A stretch of DNA of 64,000 nt. Origin: Oscillospiraceae bacterium (GTDB lineage: Bacteria > Bacillota > Clostridia > Oscillospirales > Oscillospiraceae). Below the pieces are notes generated by a model, which saw only the letters and a list, made by a program, of their open reading frames with translations, had not been told where the DNA came from and did no database searches. Both the position numbers and the translations under genes were made by a program. This document shows positions 27,373 to 35,713 of the stretch, piece by piece. Numbering within the stretch: position 1 is the first letter of the stretch; each line of letters begins with the position of its first letter. The DNA is taken from assembly GCA_902778285.1 (NCBI GenBank), contig CACYXC010000010.1, positions 9,323-73,322 of the forward strand, read 5' to 3'.

Positions 27373-29991
27373 ATGAAAGAGCTTCCGAAAGTGTACGAAC
27401 CGAAAAAGGTCGAAAAGAAGATCTATGACTTCTGGATGGAAGGCGGCTGGTTCAAGGGCGAGATCGACCCCGCGAAAAAGCCCTTCTCTATCGTCATGCC
27501 GCCCCCGAACGTTACGGGGCAGCTGCACATGGGCCACGCGCTGGACGCGACGCTGCAGGACATCCTTACGCGCTACAAGCGCATGCAGGGCTACGCGGCC
27601 CTGTGGCTGCCCGGACAGGACCACGCCGGCATCGCCACGCAGATCCGCGTCGAGCAGGAGCTGCGGGAAAAGGAGGGCCTCACCCGCTACGATCTCGGCC
27701 GCGAAAAGTTCCTCGAGCGCGTCTGGGACTGGAAAAACCAGTACGGCAATCGCATCATCGAGCAGCAGAAGAGCATGGGCGTGTCCTGCGACTGGGACCG
27801 CAACCGCTTCACCATGGACGAAGTCTGTGCCAGGGCGGTCCGCGAGACCTTCTGCGACCTCTATGAGAAGGGCCTGATCTACAAGGGCAGCCGCATCATC
27901 AACTGGTGCCCCCACTGCCGCACGGCCCTGTCCGACGCTGAGGTCGAGTATAAGGATATGCCCGGTCACTTCTGGCACATCCGCTATCCGATCGAGGATT
28001 CCGACGAGGAATTCATCATCGCCACCACCCGTCCGGAGACCATGCTGGGCGATACCGGCGTGGCCGTCCATCCGGACGACGAGCGCTATCAGCACCTCGT
28101 GGGCAAAAACGCGATCCTGCCGCTGGTGGGCAGGAAGCTCCCCATTGTGGCCGACGAATACGTGGAGCTGGGCTTCGGCACCGGCGCCGTGAAAATGACG
28201 CCCTGCCACGACCCCAACGACTATGAGGTCGGTCTGCGCCACAATCTGGAGCAGGTGCAGTGCATCGACGAGGACGCGCGCATCATCAACGGCGGAAAAT
28301 ATAACGGTATGGACCGCTACGAGGCCCGCAAGGCGATCGTGGCCGATCTGGAGGAGCAGGGCTACCTCGTGAAGGTGGAGCCCTACAGCCACAATGTCGG
28401 CTGCTGCTACCGCTGCGGCTCCGTGGTCGAGCCTTTGATCAGCCCCCAGTGGTTCGTGAAGATGAAGCCGCTGGCGAAAAAGGCCATCGACGTGGTCAAG
28501 GACGGCCGCATCAAGTTCGTGCCTGAGCGCTTTACCAAGACCTATCTGAACTGGATGGAGAACGTGCATGACTGGTGCATCTCCCGTCAGCTCTGGTGGG
28601 GTCACCAGATCCCCGCGTGGTACTGCGAGGACTGCGGTCATATCACCGTCTCCCGCACGGACGCCTGCGAGTGCGAGGCCTGCCGAAGCAGGCGCATCAA
28701 GCGCGAGGAAGATGTGCTGGACACATGGTTTTCCTCCGCGCTCTGGCCCTTCTCCACGATGGGCTGGCCCGAGAGCACGCCGGAGATCAACTACTGGTAC
28801 CCGACGACCGTGATGGTCACGGGCTATGACATCATCTTCTTCTGGGTGGCCCGCATGATCTTCTCCGGCATGGAGCAGATGGACAAGGAGCCCTTTGAGA
28901 CCGTGTTCATCCACGGCCTGGTGCGCGACAGCCTCGGCCGCAAGATGTCCAAATCCCTCGGCAACGGCATCGACCCGCTGGACATGGTCGAGCAGTACGG
29001 CGCGGACGCGCTGCGCTTCAACCTCATCACCGGCAACTCGCCCGGCAACGACATGCGCTTTTACGTGGAGAAGTGCGAGGCCATGCGCAACTTCTGCAAC
29101 AAGCTCTGGAACGCGAGCCGCTTCGTGATGATGAACCTCACGATCGACAAAAACGAGCTGCCCGAACAGCTTGAGATCGAGGACAAGTGGATCCTCTCCA
29201 AGCTCAACGACACGGTCAAAGAGGTCTGTGAGAACATGGACGCCTTTGAGCTCGGCGTCGCCGCGGGTAAGATCTACGACTTCATCTGGGACAGCTACTG
29301 CGACTGGTATATCGAGCTGACCAAGCCCCGCCTCAACGGCGAGGATGAGGCGTCGAAGCTCTCTGCCCAGAAGGTGCTGCTTTACGTGCTGACCGAGATC
29401 CTCAAGCTCGTGCACCCCTTTATGCCCTTCATCTCCGAGGAGATCTGGCAGGCCCTGCCGCATGACGGCGACGCGCTGATGGCCGCGAGATACCCCGCCT
29501 TCGATGAGAAGCTCAGCTTCCCCGAGGACGAGCAGAGCTTTGAGATGGTCATGAGCGCCATCAAGGCTGTCCGCGCCCGCCGCAGCGACATGAACGTGCC
29601 GCCCTCCCGCAAGGCGCACCTCATCATCGCGACCGACAGGAAGGACGCCTTCGAGGCCGGCAGGAGCTATATCAGCAAGCTCGCCTACGCCTCTGAGGCC
29701 TCTGTCGTCGATGCCGCGCCGGAGGATACCTCCGGCATGGTCTCCGTCGTCACCGACAACGCGCGCCTGTTCATGCCCATGGCGGAGCTGGTCGATCTCG
29801 AGAAGGAGAAGGCCCGCATCACCAAAGAACTTGCCAACGCCGAAAAGCAGCTGCAGGCGCAGATCGGCAAGCTCTCCAATCAGAACTTTGTCACCCGCGC
29901 GCCGGAGGCGGTCGTCAACGTCGAGCGCGAGAAGAAGACCAAGCTGGAGGCGCTGATCGAAAACCTGAAACTGAGCCTTGCCCAGTTCTGA
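27373..29991 (+). CDS. valS: Valine--tRNA ligase
   Basis: [21 protein letters not shown]..., HIGH ([15 protein letters not shown]), KMSKSLGN, and a C-terminal coiled coil. ATG 27373 lies behind GGAGGGAAG. Confidence 0.95.
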   Translation: MKELPKVYEPKKVEKKIYDFWMEGGWFKGEIDPAKKPFSIVMPPPNVTGQLHMGHALDATLQDILTRYKRMQGYAALWLPGQDHAGIATQIRVEQELREKEGLTRYDLGREKFLERVWDWKNQYGNRIIEQQKSMGVSCDWDRNRFTMDEVCARAVRETFCDLYEKGLIYKGSRIINWCPHCRTALSDAEVEYKDMPGHFWHIRYPIEDSDEEFIIATTRPETMLGDTGVAVHPDDERYQHLVGKNAILPLVGRKLPIVADEYVELGFGTGAVKMTPCHDPNDYEVGLRHNLEQVQCIDEDARIINGGKYNGMDRYEARKAIVADLEEQGYLVKVEPYSHNVGCCYRCGSVVEPLISPQWFVKMKPLAKKAIDVVKDGRIKFVPERFTKTYLNWMENVHDWCISRQLWWGHQIPAWYCEDCGHITVSRTDACECEACRSRRIKREEDVLDTWFSSALWPFSTMGWPESTPEINYWYPTTVMVTGYDIIFFWVARMIFSGMEQMDKEPFETVFIHGLVRDSLGRKMSKSLGNGIDPLDMVEQYGADALRFNLITGNSPGNDMRFYVEKCEAMRNFCNKLWNASRFVMMNLTIDKNELPEQLEIEDKWILSKLNDTVKEVCENMDAFELGVAAGKIYDFIWDSYCDWYIELTKPRLNGEDEASKLSAQKVLLYVLTEILKLVHPFMPFISEEIWQALPHDGDALMAARYPAFDEKLSFPEDEQSFEMVMSAIKAVRARRSDMNVPPSRKAHLIIATDRKDAFEAGRSYISKLAYASEASVVDAAPEDTSGMVSVVTDNARLFMPMAELVDLEKEKARITKELANAEKQLQAQIGKLSNQNFVTRAPEAVVNVEREKKTKLEALIENLKLSLAQF

Positions 29992-30025
29992 GCTTTCGAC
30001 CGAATCTGCAAGCAAATATCTATAT

Positions 30026-30063
30026 AATCGGGACTGTGAGTGATCACAGTCCCGATTCTTTTT
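30026..30063 (+). terminator. valS terminator
   Basis: AATCGGGACTGTGA-GTGA-TCACAGTCCCGATT followed by CTTTTT. Confidence 0.8.
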
Positions 30064-30079
30064 GACAGGAGCAAAGAGC

Positions 30080-30397
30080 ATGAGCATTTCGTTCACATAT
30101 TTATCAGGCAGACTGACGGTCTATCTCTCCGGCGAGCTGGATCACCACGCCGCCCGTGAGACCATGCAGAAGATCACGGAGCTGCTCGACGAGTATCTGC
30201 CGCGACGCTGCGTCCTCGACCTGTCGGGCCTGCGCTTTATGGACTCCTCGGGGGTCGCGCTGATCGTGCGTCTGAGCCGCCGCATGCGGGAGCTGGGCGG
30301 CACCCTGTGTGTCGAAAACCCCGTCGGACAGGCCCGGCGTGTGCTAAGCTGCGCCGGCGTAGACAAGCTGGTACATTTCGCTACGATTGGAGGATAA
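30080..30397 (+). CDS. spoIIAA: Anti-sigma-F factor antagonist
   Basis: STAS domain, ...LDLSGLRFMDSSGVALIV... First gene of the spoIIA operon. Confidence 0.85.
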   Translation: MSISFTYLSGRLTVYLSGELDHHAARETMQKITELLDEYLPRRCVLDLSGLRFMDSSGVALIVRLSRRMRELGGTLCVENPVGQARRVLSCAGVDKLVHFATIGG

Positions 30398-30398
30398 T

Positions 30399-30839
30399 AT
30401 GAACATCAGAAATTACATAAGCATCGACTTTCCGAGCTGCAGCGCAAACGAAGCCTTTGCCCGCGCCGCCGCTGCCGCCTTTGCCTCACAGCTCGATCCC
30501 ACCATGGAGGAGCTGGGAGATATCAGGACGGCGGTGAGCGAGGCTGTGACGAACTGCATCGTTCACGCCTATCCCCGGGAGCTCGGCAGAATCCGTATGC
30601 GCCTGCGCATCCTGGACGAGGATACGCTCGACATCGCGGTACGGGACTGGGGCGTCGGGATGGAGAACGTACAGAAGGCCATGGAGCCGCTGTATACGAC
30701 CGGGGGAGAGGAGCGCAGCGGCATGGGCTTTACGATCATGCAGAGCTTTACCGACAGCCTGCATGTGCGCTCGCAACCGGGGAAGGGTACGACCGTATCC
30801 ATGCGCAGGCGTATCTTTCGCAGGAATCGGATCGGATGA
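30399..30839 (+). CDS. spoIIAB: Anti-sigma-F factor (serine protein kinase)
   Basis: HATPase_c motifs: ...AVSEAVTNCIVHAY...DWGVGM...ERSGMGFTIM... ATG 30399 lies behind GGAGG. Confidence 0.85.
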   Translation: MNIRNYISIDFPSCSANEAFARAAAAAFASQLDPTMEELGDIRTAVSEAVTNCIVHAYPRELGRIRMRLRILDEDTLDIAVRDWGVGMENVQKAMEPLYTTGGEERSGMGFTIMQSFTDSLHVRSQPGKGTTVSMRRRIFRRNRIG

Positions 30840-31546
30840 ACGAAAACATGCTGTCCGATCTCCGGGCGGCCAGGAACGGAGATAAGGAGGTCGCGGGACG
30901 GCTTCTGGAAGAGAACAGCGGGCTTATATGGAGCGTGGCGCGGCGCTATTTCGGCCGCGGTACGGACCCGGAGGACCTGTACCAGCTCGGCTGTCTGGGT
31001 TTTCTGAAGGCGCTGGAGGGCTTCGACCCGGAGTTCGGCACGCAGTTTTCCACCTACGCGGTGCCGAAGATCGCGGGGGAGATCCGCCGCTTCCTGCGCG
31101 ACGACGGCGCCGTGAAGGTCAGCCGCGGCCTCAAGGAGCGGGCTGCGAAGATCTTTGCCGCGCGCCAGGTACTCGAGCAGCGCCTCGGCCGCGAACCGCA
31201 CGTGTCCGAGCTCGCGGCGGAAACCGGGCTCGACCCGGAGGAGATCGCCGTTGCGGAGGCGGCAAACGGCCCGACCGAGAGCCTGCAGCGGGAGAGCGGG
31301 GAGGACGGCTTCACGCTCGAGCTGGTGCTGGGCGATTACGGCGCCGAGGAGCGGATGCTCGAGCAGGTGAATCTTCGCAGCCTGATCGAAGAGCTGCCGG
31401 AGCGCGAGAGAAAGGTCATCGCCCTGCGCTATTATCACGGCCTGACGCAGCAAAACTGCGCCAAGGTCCTGCACGTTTCGCAGGTTCAGATTTCGCGCCT
31501 GGAGAAGCGGGCGGTCGAGCGCCTCCGCGAGCGTTTTGATTTGTGA
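30836..31546 (+). CDS. sigF: Sporulation sigma factor SigF
   Basis: Sigma-70 regions 2-4: ...DLYQLGCLGFLKALEGFDP..FSTYAVPKIAGEIRRFLRDD...RERKVIALRYYHGLTQQNCAKVLHVSQVQISRLEKRA... Confidence 0.9.
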   Translation: MNENMLSDLRAARNGDKEVAGRLLEENSGLIWSVARRYFGRGTDPEDLYQLGCLGFLKALEGFDPEFGTQFSTYAVPKIAGEIRRFLRDDGAVKVSRGLKERAAKIFAARQVLEQRLGREPHVSELAAETGLDPEEIAVAEAANGPTESLQRESGEDGFTLELVLGDYGAEERMLEQVNLRSLIEELPERERKVIALRYYHGLTQQNCAKVLHVSQVQISRLEKRAVERLRERFDL

Positions 31547-31596
31547 TTTTGCCAAAATTGCTCATGTCGGATTTGGTGAGAATACCAAATTTCTTC

Positions 31597-31625
31597 TTGA
31601 CAGCAATTTGATAAAGCGATATAGT
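31597..31625 (+). promoter_or_regulatory. Sigma-A promoter of the tyrA-pheA leader
   Basis: TTGACA (31597..31602), 17 nt, TATAGT (31620..31625). Confidence 0.65.
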
Positions 31626-31657
31626 GTGTCCAGACTTCCAGAAAGGAATCGGGACAC

Positions 31658-31711
31658 ATGAAGGCTTATGCTTATGCCGCATCTTATCCCTTTGCCGACC
31701 GCGTTCGGTAA
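31658..31711 (+). promoter_or_regulatory. Candidate 17-codon leader peptide ORF (MKAYAYAASYPFADRVR)
   Basis: My own translation; it is below the track size cut-off. AAAGGA lies 10 nt upstream. It has three TAT (Tyr) codons and one TTT (Phe) codon. Segment TGCCGCA (31675..31681) is inside the ORF. Confidence 0.4.
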
Positions 31712-31753
31712 GGATGATTTGTGGTGCAGGCAAGCCGTTTCTTCTGCTTTCTG

Positions 31754-31782
31754 CCGCACAGGTTATCCTGTGCGGTTTTCGT
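31754..31782 (+). terminator. Attenuator terminator upstream of tyrA
   Basis: CCGCACAGG-TTAT-CCTGTGCGG followed by TTTTCGTATTATT, 30 nt before the tyrA RBS. Confidence 0.7.
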
Positions 31783-31810
31783 ATTATTGAATAGACAGAG
31801 GAGAAATGCC

Positions 31811-32716
31811 ATGAGCGAAGAATCCGTCAGAAGCGGGATCGAATCCTCCGAAAACTGCAGCGAAGAAGTAAAAACGACTAAATACACCGTCGGCATCGTC
31901 GGCCTTGGGCTGATCGGCGGCTCCTTCGCCAAGGCGTATCATGAGGCGGGGCATTCTGTTCTCGCGTGGAACCGCAGCCGCAGCGTGCTGGAGGAAGCCA
32001 TGGCGTCGGGCGATGCGGACGGCGAACTGAAAATAGAAACGATACCAGAATGCGATCTTATACTCCTGTGCGTCTATCCGCAGGCCGCCATCGACTGGCT
32101 GACGGAGATGGCGCCGTATGTGGGGAAAAAGCCCCTGGTCGTCGACTGCTGCGGCACCAAGCGCGTTGTCTGCACGGCCTGCTTTCCGCTGGCGGAGCGT
32201 TACGGCTTCCGCTATCTGGGCGGGCACCCGATGGCCGGCACCCAGTATTCCGGCCTCAAATACGCGCGCGGCAATCTCTATCGCGGCGCGCCTATGGTCA
32301 TCGTGCCGCCGTCGTATGACGATCTCAAACTGCTCGATCGCGTAAAAACGCTTCTCTCGCCGGCGGGCTTCGGCAGTTATTCCGTCACGACCGCCGAGAA
32401 ACATGACGAGATGATCGCCTTTACCTCGCAGATGGCCCATGTGGTCTCCAACGCGTATATCAAGAGTCCGACGGCCGCAGCGCATAAGGGCTTTTCCGCC
32501 GGCAGCTACAAGGACCTGACCCGCGTGGCCTGGCTGAACCCCCAGATGTGGTCGGAGCTGTTCCTGGAGAACAAGGACTATCTGCTCGCCGAGCTGAACA
32601 CTCTGATCGAGAACCTGACGGCTTACAGGATCGCCTTGGAAAACGACGATCCCGCAGAGCTGACGCGCCTGTTGGACGAGGGCAGACGCCGCAAGGAAGC
32701 AGTCGACGGCCGGTAG
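31811..32716 (+). CDS. tyrA: Prephenate dehydrogenase
   Basis: ...VGIVGLGLIGGSFAKA...GGHPMAGTQYSG... ATG 31811 lies behind AGAGGAGA. Confidence 0.85.
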   Translation: MSEESVRSGIESSENCSEEVKTTKYTVGIVGLGLIGGSFAKAYHEAGHSVLAWNRSRSVLEEAMASGDADGELKIETIPECDLILLCVYPQAAIDWLTEMAPYVGKKPLVVDCCGTKRVVCTACFPLAERYGFRYLGGHPMAGTQYSGLKYARGNLYRGAPMVIVPPSYDDLKLLDRVKTLLSPAGFGSYSVTTAEKHDEMIAFTSQMAHVVSNAYIKSPTAAAHKGFSAGSYKDLTRVAWLNPQMWSELFLENKDYLLAELNTLIENLTAYRIALENDDPAELTRLLDEGRRRKEAVDGR

Positions 32717-32760
32717 AGGCGCCCCGCTTGACACATGCGCGCAGAGAAAGGAGAGAGGAT

Positions 32761-33900
32761 ATGGAGCTTCAGGATTTCCGCAGAGAGCTTGACGGGATCG
32801 ACAGTCAGCTTTTGCAGCTTTTTTACCGCCGTATGGAGATCACGGCGCAGATCGGGGAGTACAAGAAGGAAAACAATCTGCCGGTCTGCGACCCGGCGCG
32901 GGAGCGGGAGGTACTGCTGAGGATCGCGGATGAGAGCCCGGAGGGCCTCGGCGACTACGCGGTCACGCTGTATTCCCTGATTTTTGAACTCTCCCGGGCA
33001 AGACAGAACCGCCTGAGAGATGAAAAGACGGCGCTCGCCGCTCAGATCATGAATGCGATCGCCAATACGCCATCGATCTTCCCCGAGAGCGCAACGGTAG
33101 CCTGCCAGGGCGTGGAGGGTGCTTATTCCCAGCTCGCTTGCAGCAAGCTGTTCCGGCTCCCCGATATCCGCTATTGCGCAAGCTTTGAGGGCGTGTTCTC
33201 CGCGATCGATCAGGGGCTGTGCCGCTACGGCGTGATCCCGGTGGAGAACAGCACGGCGGGCTCTGTCAACGCGGTCTACGACCTGATGATGAAGCACAAG
33301 TTTCGCATCGTGCGCAGCGTGCGTCTGCAGATTGAGCACAATCTGCTCGTCAAGCCGGGAAGCAGGCTTTCGGATATCCGCGAGATCTATTCGCACCAGC
33401 AGGCGATCACCCAGTGCGCGCGCTTTCTGCACGGACTGTCCGATGTAAAGATCATTCCCTGTGAGAATACCGCCGTCGCGGCCAAGCTTGCCGCCGCTTC
33501 CGACGGGAGCGTAGCTGCGATTTCATCCCGCGCCTGCAGCAGGCTTTACGGGCTGGACTGCCTCATCCCCTCGGTGCAGGATCGGGCCAACAATAGCACG
33601 CGCTTTATCTGCATTGCCAAGGATCTGGAGATCTATCCGGGCGCCGACCGCACAAGCCTGATGATGATCCTGCCGCATACGCCCGGCAGCCTGTACAAGG
33701 TGCTTGCCCGCTTCAATGTACTGGGGCTGAATCTCAACAAGCTGGAGAGCCGCCCGCTTCCGAACCGGAACTTTGAGTTCATGTTCTATTTTGATCTGGA
33801 TACGCCGGTCTACTCGCCCGGCTTTCTGCAGCTCATGAGCGAGATGGAGTCGATCTGCGAGGAGTTTCATTACCTCGGCAGCTACAGCGAAATCATCTGA
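32761..33900 (+). CDS. pheA: Bifunctional chorismate mutase / prephenate dehydratase
   Basis: An N-terminal CM_2 domain (LRRELDGIDSQLLQLFYRRMEI), then PDT (ACQGVEGAYS...ENSTAGSV...NSTRFI) and an ACT domain (LESRPL). Confidence 0.9.
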   Translation: MELQDFRRELDGIDSQLLQLFYRRMEITAQIGEYKKENNLPVCDPAREREVLLRIADESPEGLGDYAVTLYSLIFELSRARQNRLRDEKTALAAQIMNAIANTPSIFPESATVACQGVEGAYSQLACSKLFRLPDIRYCASFEGVFSAIDQGLCRYGVIPVENSTAGSVNAVYDLMMKHKFRIVRSVRLQIEHNLLVKPGSRLSDIREIYSHQQAITQCARFLHGLSDVKIIPCENTAVAAKLAAASDGSVAAISSRACSRLYGLDCLIPSVQDRANNSTRFICIAKDLEIYPGADRTSLMMILPHTPGSLYKVLARFNVLGLNLNKLESRPLPNRNFEFMFYFDLDTPVYSPGFLQLMSEMESICEEFHYLGSYSEII

Positions 33901-33926
33901 GTCCGCCGTGAAAAGGGGATAGATAT

Positions 33927-34640
33927 ATGATTGCGGTATTTGTCAATATGGCGACGGTCCTGGCGGGGAGCCTGCTGGGCATCCTGCTGCGAAACCGCCT
34001 GAAAGTCAGCCTGCAGGACGCGCTGATGAAAGCGCTGGCGCTCTGCACCATGCTGATCGGCGTCTCCAGCGCCATCGGCACCGCCGACGTGCTGTGCGTG
34101 ATCGTCTGCATGGTGCTCGGCACCGCACTGGGCGAGTGGATCCGGATCGACGACGGCATCGAGCACGCGGGCGACTGGATCAAGGGAAAGCTGTTCAAAA
34201 ACGGCGGGGGAGAGAGCCGCTTTACTGAGGGCTTCGTCTCCGCCTGCATCCTGTTCTGCATCGGCTCGATGACGATCGTGGGCTCGCTCGAGGCGGGCAT
34301 CAATCACAATTACAGCATTATCTTCGCCAAGAGCACGCTGGACTTCGTCTCCTCCATGGCCTTCGGCGCGGCGATGGGCTTCGGCGTGACCTGCTCGATC
34401 CTGTTTATTCTGATCTTTCAGGGCGGGCTTACGCTGCTGTCCGGTATGCTCGCCCCGGTCCTGAGCACGGCGACGGTCACGGAGATGTCCGCCGTGGGCG
34501 GCGTCATCCTGATGGGCATGGCGATCAACATGCTCGGCCTCGGCAAAGAGCGGATTCGCGTCGCCAACATGCTCCCGGCGATCTTCCTGCCGATCGCGTA
34601 TTTCCCGTTCGTACAGCTGCTGAAAGGATTGTTTTCCTAA
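33927..34640 (+). CDS. DUF554-family membrane protein
   Basis: 237 aa, polytopic, MIAVFVNMATVLAGSLLGILL...CIGSMTIVGSLEAG... Confidence 0.7.
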   Translation: MIAVFVNMATVLAGSLLGILLRNRLKVSLQDALMKALALCTMLIGVSSAIGTADVLCVIVCMVLGTALGEWIRIDDGIEHAGDWIKGKLFKNGGGESRFTEGFVSACILFCIGSMTIVGSLEAGINHNYSIIFAKSTLDFVSSMAFGAAMGFGVTCSILFILIFQGGLTLLSGMLAPVLSTATVTEMSAVGGVILMGMAINMLGLGKERIRVANMLPAIFLPIAYFPFVQLLKGLFS

Positions 34641-34678
34641 TAGAATAAGCGAGAGGCTTTCCTACGCGGAAAGCCTCT

Positions 34679-34797
34679 CAGACTGTAGACAAACCTATAC
34701 AGAGCAAGTCGGACTTGCATGGGGAGAGCGCGAGAGGGGATTGGGTATTCCCTCTCGCGTTTGATATTCTCAAAATCGACACTTTGTCGACACCCTG
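34679..34797 (+). mobile_element. MITE-like structured repeat, copy F (short form, partly deleted 3' palindrome)
   Basis: Flanked by 28-29-bp direct copies of the hairpin GAGAGGCTTTCCTACGCGGAAAGCCTCTC (34651..34679 and 34797..34825). The T-run follows only the right copy. Confidence 0.8.
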
Positions 34798-34828
34798 AGA
34801 GGCTTTCCTACGCGGAAAGCCTCTCGTT

Positions 34829-35713
34829 TTACTTTTTGAATTGAAACCCTGTCTCGGACAGAAGCACCGAGAAAAAGATCAGCGCAAAGCCGATCAGGAG
34901 CTTTGCCGTCAGCTGCTCGTGGTAGAAGATTACCGAGGTCAGCGTACCGAAGACGGATTCCAGCGTGAGGAGCACCGCCGCGGTGGAGGAGGGCGTGTAT
35001 TTCATGCCCCAGGCCTCGAGAAAGAAGCAGAGACCGGTGCAGACGAAGCCCATATACGCGATGTTCAGCCATGCGCCGACCGGCACGCCGACGGGTACCG
35101 GCTCCAGCGGAAGAGCGCCCGCCCAGCAGACGAGAGCGGCAACGGCAAACTGGACGGCCGAGAGACTGAGCGCGTCGCCGTCCTCCCCGCCGTAATGCTC
35201 GACGATGACGATCTGCAGCGCGTAAAAGATGCCGCAGAAGAGGGTGAGCAGATCGCCCCTGTTGAGCCCGCTCTCAAGATCGCTGAGCGAGACGAAGCCG
35301 ATCCCGACAAGGCACAGCAGCGCTGCCAGCACGTGCCGCAGCATGGGCTTGCGCCGATAGACGCCCCAGGCGAGAAAGGGGACCAGCACACAGTATACCG
35401 CCGTCAGGAAGGCGTTTTTCCCGGGCGTGGTGTATTTTAATCCGTAGGTCTGCGTGATATAGGCCGCCGCGAGACAGAGCCCGAGCAGCACGCCGCCCTT
35501 CCGCTCGCGGCGGCTGAGCCGGGCCAGCCTTTTCCCCGCGAAAAAGCCGAGCAGCAGCGCCGCGAGCGTGAAGCGGACCGCAAGGATCCACAGCGTGCCC
35601 ACGCTCTCGAGCGTGTTCTTCAGAATGACGAAGGAGGTGCCCCAGAGCAGAGCGGCGGCAAGGAGCGCAAAGCGCCCTGCGGCGCGGCGGTCGGTCGTTT
35701 CCCTGTGAATCAT
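34829..35713 (-). CDS. DMT-superfamily (EamA-like) transporter
   Basis: 294 aa with ten predicted TM segments and two EamA-type halves. Confidence 0.75.
   Translation of the reverse strand: MIHRETTDRRAAGRFALLAAALLWGTSFVILKNTLESVGTLWILAVRFTLAALLLGFFAGKRLARLSRRERKGGVLLGLCLAAAYITQTYGLKYTTPGKNAFLTAVYCVLVPFLAWGVYRRKPMLRHVLAALLCLVGIGFVSLSDLESGLNRGDLLTLFCGIFYALQIVIVEHYGGEDGDALSLSAVQFAVAALVCWAGALPLEPVPVGVPVGAWLNIAYMGFVCTGLCFFLEAWGMKYTPSSTAAVLLTLESVFGTLTSVIFYHEQLTAKLLIGFALIFFSVLLSETGFQFKK

Noticed and set aside
31630-31785. A T-box leader upstream of tyrA.
   Set aside because: There is no GGTGGTACCGCG-like T-box sequence (the best match is TGTGGTGCAGGC), no Stem I AGAGA or distal-loop motifs, and the leader is only ~170 nt. 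A leader-peptide attenuator fits better.
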